Below are positions 53,942 to 64,000 of a stretch of 64,000 nucleotides of DNA, piece by piece. Position numbers and translations under genes: made by a program. Numbering within the stretch: position 1 is the first letter of the stretch; every line of letters starts with the position of its first letter. The stretch covers positions 32,302,001 to 32,366,000 of the forward strand of contig OX597832.1 in assembly GCA_951406725.2 (NCBI GenBank). The letters run 5' to 3'. The notes under the pieces were generated by a model. The model made no database searches. It was not told where the DNA came from and saw nothing but the letters and a program-made list of their open reading frames with translations. This DNA comes from Octopus vulgaris (Eukaryota).

Positions 53942-54366
53942 TAATTCAGTTGTTTTATTTTTATATCGTGCTTTCACTTCACTACCGAGCACAGCTCTGT
54001 GTGCCTTGGGTATGTGTTGTGGTTTGTTGTGATGCTCTCATGGTTACTGTATTGAATGTGTTCTGTATAGGATGAGTGCAGTGCCCAGTAGTGCAATTTT
54101 TTAATGTTATGTATGTTTGTAAGTCCTGGTGTTTTTGTTATGTATTTGTCTGAATATTTTTTTATCATACTTAATGCACCCACTATGATAGGAATTGTCT
54201 CTGTTTATAGATTCCCCTTTCGAGTTACATCGATATCCAGGTCTTTGTATTTTGAAAGTATCTCAATATCTTTTAGAGAAATCTTGTACTCTGCTGGTAT
54301 TGAAACATCAATTTGAAAGCGTTTTTTTTCTTCATGATCTCTGACAATAATATTTAGCCTATTGTT
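53942..54366 (-). mobile_element. Second 5'-truncated Dong copy of the same family as 52824-53378, frameshifted
   Basis: Collinear 3' UTR (cgtgctttcacttcactaccgagc.cagctctgtgtgccttgggtatgtg) and KKYSDKYITKTPGLTN, flanked by (TTA)n/(CTT)n. Confidence 0.9.
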
Positions 54367-54379
54367 AATATTTTTATTA

Positions 54380-54486
<107 letters not shown>

Positions 54487-54681
54487 TATTATTATTATTA
54501 TTATTACTTATTTTTTCTTCTTTCAAATTTGCTTCCATTTCTTGCCGAGTGTCTTCCCGACTCCTAGGGCAAAGAAACTCATAGTATACATTGGTAGGCC
54601 ATTAAACCAAACTCAATGGTTCGTTCATTTAAAAAAATTTTTTTTTAAAGTTAAATTAAAATACATGAGCAGCAACAGTTC

Positions 54682-55714
54682 TCACATCGACAATGCTCTT
54701 CTCAATACGTGTGATGTACCAGTTAAGAAAATCTTTTGCACATCTTGCAGGGATGGTAAGCCAGGGATCATTCTCATATAATTTTCGGTTCCCTTCTTGA
54801 TCATTCCTAGTGCTCCTACGATGACTGGTATTGTAACCGCCTTGAGATGCCACATTTTCTCAATTTCAATGAGTAGGTCTTTATATTTTCTGAGCTTGTC
54901 AAACTCTTTCGCTGAGATATTATGATCACAGGGGATGCTAATGTCGATCAATAAGCAAACTTTATTGTTTTGGTCTTTCACAACAATATCTGGTTTATTG
55001 GCCTTGATGGTTCGGTTTGTATGTATTGGAAAGTCCCACAGAATGGTTACATTTTCTCCTTCAGTCACAGCCTCAGGGTGGTGATTATACCACTTGTCGG
55101 CAGTTTTGATATTGTAATGCCGACTTATTAGCCAGTGTAGATATTGGCCAACTCTGTCATGTCTTAATTTATACTCCACTGGAGCTAAGACTTTACATCC
55201 AGAGATTAGGTGGTCCACTGTTTCAATCATGTCGTTGCAGAATTGGCATTTTGGGTCTGCTCCATTTTTCATCACATGGCCTGGTAGTTCCGGGTTAATA
55301 GGCTTTGATCTTGAGCAGCCAGGATGAAACCTTCGCTCTCTGCTTTTAGCCCTGAGCTCCGTAGCCACTGATGGGTTTGCTTCTGGTCAACATCAGCTAG
55401 TTGCTGCGGGTCACATATTTGCCGTCCAGAGGTTTCTCCTCCCACCTATCAGCCAATTGCTCGTGCGCTTTTTTCGTTGCCATTATTTTCACCTTCTTTG
55501 CAACAATAATTGCCGTACTTCCCTCGGGTTGTTCTGTTTGGGTATCCTGCACGAGATCAATAGCAAATTGTTTGCTTTCCTTTATGATAGAATGAAGCTT
55601 CTTTCGTCTCTCGTGATTTTCCACGAGATTTAGCATCCAGTCATTCGATATTTCGAGATATTTGGCCAGTCCAATTGTGGTTGTTTTGTAAGCTAGTTCA
55701 AATTGGATCAGGCC
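54682..55714 (-). pseudogene. Linker, zinc knuckle and restriction-like endonuclease of the Dong element (frameshifted)
   Basis: CQFCNDMIETVDHLISGC, YKLRHDRVG, ILWDFPIHT..ANKPDIVV..LIDISIP..KEFDKLRKYKDL and IPVIVGALG. The frame breaks near 55397 and 55285. Confidence 0.92.
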
Positions 55715-56937
55715 TCAACCTCCTTGGGCTCTGGGAAGGTAAAGGCGATCTACGTCTGCCTTTGGGTGGTGCATCCTATTACAACTCAGCAGCTTGCGTA
55801 TTTTTCTATCTATATTCTTTACTTCACTCATATTCCAGTTCAACACATTGTAGCTATAAGTAACAACTGGAACTGCTAAGGAATTTATAGCTAACACCTT
55901 GTTACGTGCATTTAGTTCAGATTTCAGGACAGCACGATCTCTCCTATAACATTCCTTCCTGATTTTCTCTTTCATGCTTGCATGCTGAATACCAGAGCCT
56001 TCATTTATCCCTAAATATTTGTATGTTTGTTCTTGCTCAAGCTCTCTTATGACTGTGTCAACATCTAACACGACTGAATTTGTGGTCTTCACTTTCCCTT
56101 TCTGGAAAGTGGCCTTGGCACACTTCTCAAGTCCAAACTCCATCCCGATGTCATCGCTGAATGCTTTCACGGTGCGCAATAGGCCTTCAAGTTCATTATT
56201 GTCTTTACCATATAGATTTAAGTCACCCATATAAAATAGATGGCTTATTTTTTTATTGGCAATTTTATACCCATACCCTGTTCTGTTTAATTCACTTGTA
56301 AGGGGTATTAGGGCTATGCAGAATATTAAAGGTGAAAGTGAGTCACCTTGAAAAATTCCACAGTTGATGTTTATATTTTCTGAGGCAAGTACTCCATTAG
56401 AGTGGTATAATTGGAGATTCGTATTCCACAACGACATATTGTGCTTCAGGAAGTTTGAAATCACAGGGGAAATTTTGAAGATGTCCAGCGATCTCAAGAT
56501 CCATGGATGCGGTATACTGTCGAAGGCCTTTTTGTAGTCAATCCATGCGGTGCTGAGATTTCTGCGCTTGTTGTGACAGTTCTCAAGGATCATACGATTG
56601 ATTAGCAGTTGATCTTTGCATCCGTAAGAGCCTCGGCGGCACCCTTTTTGTTCGATGGGGAAAATATCGTTCTTCTCCATGAATGCATATGTTTTCTCCG
56701 CCAGGATAGATGTTAGGATTTTATACGTGGTGGATAGACAGGTTATAGGCCGATAGTTTTTTGGAAGGTTGGTTTCGTTATTCTTTGGGAGTAGGTAAGT
56801 AATGCCACTTGCTAACCATTCAGGTGTTTTCTTTAGGTCTCTCATAATTCCATTGAGCAGCTGAACTAGCTTACCGTGTGCGCATGGGAGCGATGCGAGC
56901 CAGAAATTCGGCACCCTATCTTTACCGGGGGATTTCC
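55715..56937 (-). pseudogene. Reverse transcriptase domain of the Dong element, inactivated
   Basis: NWKSPGKD, NYRPITCL, EQKG, AWIDYKKAFDSIPH, GIFQGDSLSPLIF, HLFYMGDL (expected YMDDL), FGLEKC and YKYLG. There is a frameshift after YLPRAQGG. Confidence 0.95.
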
Positions 56938-56938
56938 A

Positions 56939-57048
<110 letters not shown>

Positions 57049-57706
57049 CACCATCGTCTTCTTTGTCATCATCATCGTCGTCATAGTTCTTTTTCTTGTG
57101 TGCAATATAAATACAGATTGACTTTGTTTATTGAAATGAACAAATATTTTGAAAGTACGTTTGTGTGGTTTATGTTGAAAACAGTAAATGAAAAGTAAGC
57201 AGAAATTCAAAATTGTTGCTGGATTATCCATGTTCCTTCCCAAGCAAAAAAACAGAAAAAACCGTCAGCAGTTTTTGCTTATTCATCAACGGTAACAAAA
57301 GAAAAGAACGTGAATTAATTTTCAAAAAGTACATGTATACAAATTTATATATATATTTTTTCTAATACTAACGAATACATACACACACACTCACACGTAT
57401 ATATATGTATATATATATATATATGATTTTGTGTTTAAATTTTATTAGTTTGTTTTAAAATTTTCATGTTACGTTTAGTGAATATGAAAAGGAATATAAA
57501 ATTTTCTCTTTTCTGTGCTTTGTAAACAGCACAGGATATCATAACCAGGAGGATGATGAGTGCTTATCACGAATCTGTAGGCCTTTAGGTAAGTCTCGTA
57601 GCAATCGCGCGCGGAATATTACATGCTCATCTATACATCGATATATACATATACACACACACACATATATATATATATACATACACACACACGCACACAT
57701 ATATAT

Positions 57707-57763
<57 letters not shown>

Positions 57764-58599
57764 CACACACACACATATATATATATGTTTGTGTGAGTAC
57801 GTGTGGATGTGTTATGTCTATGTGTGCATGTATGTACACACACATATCTATATAAATATGTATGCACATATATATGTAAATCTATATACATATATATTTA
57901 TGTTTATGTATTTGTCAATCAAGTTGTATATATATGTCTCTATAAACACACACATTTGTTTATTTTATACAAACGCATATATGTATTTTTATACACACAT
58001 GTATTTGCTTATGAGTATATTTGCGTGCACTGACATACATGCGCTTTACGTTCTTGCGTAAGTATAGGCGCGTCACTAAGTGAGTATCTCTGTGTGTGTA
58101 TGTGTAGAATCCATCCACGACCAGATTTTCATTGAATCTCTGCGTGATTGAAGATAACGCTGCCTGTAGCTTATATTTCTCTATATTTGTTATATTCATT
58201 TGCTTTTCTGTTTTCCCTTTTCGTTTCCTCCCAAATTCACATATACTCATACGTCAAATTCCTTGAGCGTATCTGGTGTTATTTTATGAACAAGTTTTCA
58301 ACATCTTTTCTGTTTTTACAAGAAGGCAAACGGATTGAAGTAACAAGTGTAAGAGAAAGATATCGAAAAGTTGAAATACAGTTGCCGCGTAATGTAATAG
58401 GCACAAATGTTTCTCTATTTGTTTTTAAGTTCCTCCTTCTACGTTGCTGGTGGTGTCTTGTTGCCTTGCAGCAAGACAGCTTTAATTCTTTTATTGCCTC
58501 CAGCTTCAAGGCTAATTAATAATACTAATAAAAACTTTAATATTTATGGTCTTGCTCTACATAACTATACCCAGTAGTATTTGTTGTAGTAGTTGCTAC

Positions 58600-58712
58600 G
58601 ACTACAACTACTAGTAATATTATTGATGATGATAATAATAATAACAGTAATACTACTTCTATTATTCCTACTACTACTATTACTTCTAATAATAATGATA
58701 ATAATAATAATG

Positions 58713-58758
<46 letters not shown>

Positions 58759-58783
58759 TAATAATAATAATAATAATAATAGT

Positions 58784-58863
<80 letters not shown>

Positions 58864-59072
58864 TGATTATAAGAAAAGTAATAATAACTATGTTAATATA
58901 CAACAATAATAATAATCAATAATGGATAACATACAAACACAAATTACAATTTATTTCAGTTTGATGTTTTTCAGTCTTAAATAAAAACAAAACGTAATAA
59001 ACAAAAATAATAATAATAGCAATAATGATTTTAATGATGATGATGATGATGACGACGACGATAATTATAATA

Positions 59073-59112
<40 letters not shown>

Positions 59113-59130
59113 GTAATAATAATAATAATA

Positions 59131-59212
<82 letters not shown>
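58600..59212. repeat. Long (AAT)n/(GAT)n microsatellite blocks
   Basis: Direct reading. Confidence 0.95.
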
Positions 59213-59215
<3 letters not shown>

Positions 59216-60688
59216 AAACTTGATAATTTATTTTCATCATCATTTCCATTTGGCACGGCGAACGTGAATTATTTTGTTTAGGCTGTCAGTGCAATTAAGA
59301 CATTTTCTGCAGACGTTGTGTGACCTCATCCGACCAATTGAATAAACAATTCTCATTCGATTTTATTAAGAAAACATGAATGACATGAAAATACGGAATG
59401 TAATAAATGTGGAAGGAAAAGGACAGGTTCACTCTATCGACTGTGACTCTTGTTGTTGTTGTTGTAATTTCTGTATTCATTGTTTTTTGTTGTTGTTGTG
59501 TGATTGTTGTTGTTCTTTATTCTGAAGCCTCAGGCCAACTCTTATCCGACATGCCTGCAATCAAAGTCTTCCATTCATCGACACACATACACAAACGCAC
59601 ACACATTTACACATTCATTCATATAGAATCGCACACACTTACATACATATCCTTACTGCGTTTTCTCTCCTGAGGCTAAATGCCTTCTAATGTCCGGTAC
59701 GCGGAGCTTTTAACTGGTAGCATTCGTATCTGCAAGTTGTTTGCGAATAATCAAGTATATGTTCAAACTCTCGAACACACACACATGCACATACGCGCAC
59801 ACACACGCACTCACATACACACCCACACAACCTACCACACATGCACTCCCATATATATATATATATGTACACACGTATGCATGTATATATAATCTAGAGT
59901 AAATATATACTTTAGTCTCAGGAATTTACAGAAATGAATGAGGAAACTTGTAGCATCTGAAGACTTTAGGTTCTCTTTAGTTTGGTAAAAAAATAAAACA
60001 AACAAACTTTTCTTTAAAAATCAAACACTGAAATTTCACCCCAATCCTAACGCTGGCAAAATTATTGGTGCTGCTATTAATCTAATTTCATCCCAGTGCA
60101 TTTCTCATCACAGAATTATGGAATCATGAAAGACATTCTGCTTTAACTATTCTAACTTCATTCAAAGCTTCTGTAACAGCAAGAGGCAAATGATCAGAAA
60201 GACAGTTTTCCTTCCTCTTAAAATACAAGACCTCGTAACAAAAGTCGTGAAGATTCTCAAAAAATTATTGGATATAAATATAAATACATATATGTACGTA
60301 CAAATGGTAAGGGCTGTTAAGCCATAACGGGGTGAAGTGGTGAGCGCTGGAGAAACGAGCTTGGAGAAGTGACAGGCAAAGCACGTCTTGTCTTTAGGAA
60401 GGGAGTGGAAGAAAGATGTGTGGGCAACGAGAGAGTCAAGGAGGAAGAGTGAGGGAGAGTGGGAACAGTGAAGGGGAGAGGTTTCGTTTCTTTATTTCTT
60501 TCTTTCGTTGTTCGAAAAAAGTTTGTTTTCCATGTTTTTGATTTTTATGTTGTCGTTTCTCATTTTGTTCACGTTTGTTTTATGTCCTGTACCCATATGT
60601 GCATGTATACATACATATATATGTCTTGGTGTGTGTGTATACACACACACACACACACGCACACACACACACATATATATAAATATAA

Positions 60689-60740
<52 letters not shown>

Positions 60741-60879
60741 GCAAGCCAAGCACTTCAACTTTCGGGATTTATGTGGAGACATACTGCGCACAGGAATATT
60801 TTATACACTGTACACCTCACTTTCCAAGCGTCGACTGTAGAATGTGTCGCCATAGAAAGGATGAATTATACGAAAAGAC

Positions 60880-61375
60880 TGACATAATGTTCCGAGGAGT
60901 TTCTAACATCACACTTTGAAAGATATCTCCATGTGATTCAAGAACTAAAATTTCGCTCCAAGCAAAAGGGGAAAGTCATCAGTTGACAATACATGTCGGC
61001 TGTACAAACATTAACTGTCGATGTTAGCCACACTGTTGTTAACTGCGAAAGAAATATCTTCTCGTCACCGTCTCCGCAGGAGACATGGCGTGTTAGCTCC
61101 AACAAAACAGATTGCATCGCAGAATACGAAAATGCAAACAAACTAGTTATTGTATGTTGAGAATGATAAATCAAAGGCATAATGGTGAAACACCAAAAAT
61201 ACTGATTGCCACCAAATTGGAACACGACCAGCTTGATTTTATTGCTTGGGGCCCCTACAAAGTATAACTGAACGGGGATTTGTTGGGAAAGAACTTAGCT
61301 TTCTTCATATATAAGCTAGAAATGGCCGCGATGTCTGGAGCCCTTAAAATTTGTAAATGTCATTATGCAAAGAAT
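60880..61375 (+). mobile_element. Decayed restriction-like-endonuclease LINE of a different subfamily (knuckle and endonuclease remnants)
   Basis: Frame-broken LTSHFERYLHVIQE, VDNTCRL..VDVSHTVVNC, LRRRHGVLA, IATKLEHDQLDFIAW and SGALKICK, in the same order as the R4-type C-terminal domains. Confidence 0.6.
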
Positions 61376-61472
61376 GAACATTTACACAAAAGACGATGGC
61401 AATTTCCTTTTCTTTACAACCAACCTTGTCAGCGAGAAGGTAGACGGTCAAAAATAAACTAGAAATAAAGAG

Positions 61473-61514
<42 letters not shown>

Positions 61515-61518
61515 GCAC

Positions 61519-61551
<33 letters not shown>

Positions 61552-62135
61552 TGTATGTATGTATGTATGTATGTATGTATGTATGTATGTATGTATGTAT
61601 GTACGTATGTATTCTAATAAAACACCTGATACCAATCAGAGATGAAACTGATCGAAGCTTACTGAAGATATAAATAATAATGCAACGTTTAAAAATATTT
61701 TATAACAGATGAGTTTAATGTTTCGGAAATATTGTAATCTTAATAATAACGACAATTATCTCAGACTTTTAGACATTTATTGTACTTTGTTCAATACATT
61801 CAAACTTTTGCCAATATATCAGAAATATATTTACACACGCACACACACACACAAACACACACATACAAACACATACATACACGAGTGCACTAAAACTACG
61901 ACACGTTATTTCCGCATTCTCGCATATACACAAATACAAAAGCACACCTCCATTTAAATCTATATATTTGCCTGTTTCTTTACTCCTTTCAATCTCGCTT
62001 TCTCTCACTCACTCACACTCTGTATGCATCTATATGTTTGTGTGTGTGTAGGAGTGTGTGTACAAAACACACACGCATAGACACACACATATACATACAT
62101 ATATGTGTATATATAAACGCATACACTAATATATC

Positions 62136-62175
<40 letters not shown>

Positions 62176-62202
62176 CATATACATATACATATATATGTAT
62201 AG

Positions 62203-62240
<38 letters not shown>

Positions 62241-62267
62241 AACATATACATATATATGTATAGGTGA

Positions 62268-62302
<35 letters not shown>

Positions 62303-62736
62303 GTGTGTGGCCATGCAATACATTTACACGAAGCCTTGTAAATGTACGGTAGTCATAGTATCTGCTGCGTCAGTTTCACACGGGAGCTGTCACGTAGGCA
62401 TCTATAATTCCTATTGTGTGATATGTCGATTTCTAATTATGGAATATTTCAAATGCCAAACATCGATTATAAGTTGGAGTCACTTTATTCCATCCAAAAC
62501 TAATAAGTTTCGACTTTATACTCTAATTATAATTATATCATTTGTATCGTTATTATGTTTATATTCCTCGTTTTACTTTATATTTACGTCGTTGAAATTG
62601 TATCGGTATAAATTGTGTCCAAAATGAATAGCTAAATGACTTTTAATAAAATAAGAAGCACACCAACAACAACAACAAGAACAACAACTGTAGCAACATT
62701 CAAAACAACAGCAACATAATAAGCAGAATGATAATG

Positions 62737-62789
<53 letters not shown>

Positions 62790-63079
62790 TATAGAGACAG
62801 TTGTTTTATTTTTTTTTTTGGTGTTGTTTTTGTGATTGTTGTTTACAAACAGAACAGTAATTATAGAAACTGTCGACATTGTGTGTGGAAAAGGTTTGGC
62901 TGATGTCATCAAATATCACGTTTATTTTATTTTATTTTATTTTATTTTAGTTTTTTTTAGAGTAAATACAAACATTCAAATCTAGAGTTTTATTCACGTA
63001 CTGCCATCCATAACATATTCTGAACTAAATAGAATACACAGAAAGATACAGACACATATACCTACATACAAACATTAGC

Positions 63080-63458
<379 letters not shown>

Positions 63459-63682
63459 ATAAAATATATATATTGTTTTGTTTGTGTCTGTAATTTGATA
63501 TATTTGTTGTGTGAGTGTTTGTGTTCAGATGTGTGTACATGAGAAAGTGAATGTTGAGTGTGAAGAAAAAATTTTTTGTGCACGTGACTGAATTCTTAGA
63601 TTCAATGTCAGATTTTAATAAAAACTGTATATTTGATAATACATCGAAACTTATAAACACACGCACAAGCACGCATCCATAT

Positions 63683-63764
<82 letters not shown>

Positions 63765-64000
63765 GTATGTGTGTGTGTGTGTGTATATGTGTGTTTATTT
63801 ATGAACACAACCACACAACTCAAAGATGCCTATAACATTAAATCGCATGTAGTACGATTTTAATTAAGTAATATATTTAGTCACTAATGAGGAGACACAA
63901 CATTTGAAAATGTAGCCGGTGCTACGACTTAATATCCATACGAAGGAGAAAACATGAAGGGATTGCAATATTATCGAAGGCAAAATAAAACGTATCCTAA

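Larger units (their letters stand above)
54511..56937 (-). mobile_element. R4/Dong-clade non-LTR retrotransposon, 5'-truncated 2.4 kb copy in (TAA)n
   Basis: It runs RT, then CCHC knuckle, RHD motif and restriction-like endonuclease, then 3' UTR. (TAA)n tracts lie at 54424-54510 and 56939-57048. Confidence 0.95.

Noticed and set aside
60937-60988. Minus-strand CUGAUGA...GAAA motif
   Set aside because: The closing pair of stem II and stem III are mismatched, and it lies antisense within a LINE coding relic.

Overview
Eukaryotic, AT-rich, microsatellite-saturated DNA. It is most likely octopus/coleoid cephalopod, inferred from the tRNA-derived SINE families and the repeat landscape. I cannot support any host protein-coding exon, and nearly all ORF-track entries are translations of (TA)n, (CA)n or (TAA)n repeats. 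The recognisable content is: (1) a stack of R4/Dong-clade non-LTR retrotransposon copies sitting in (TAA)n tracts at 52.7-57.0 kb, including a 2.4 kb RT plus restriction-like endonuclease copy with a YMGD active-site mutation, and further R4-clade relics elsewhere; (2) a decayed Penelope-like element (RT plus GIY-YIG) at 46.4-48.3 kb and a second PLE fragment at 38.1-38.6 kb; (3) many copies of at least three tRNA-derived SINE families; (4) small DNA-transposon relics and near-perfect foldback palindromes. The most notable non-obvious signal is a set of type I hammerhead ribozyme motifs read directly from the sequence at 17.8, 18.8 and 35.1 kb. A further small family, present twice (22.8-23.0 kb and 48.8-48.9 kb), joins two hammerhead motifs head-to-head in one long hairpin and shows compensatory changes in stem II between copies. 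Ribozyme activity, transcription and family novelty are untested inferences.
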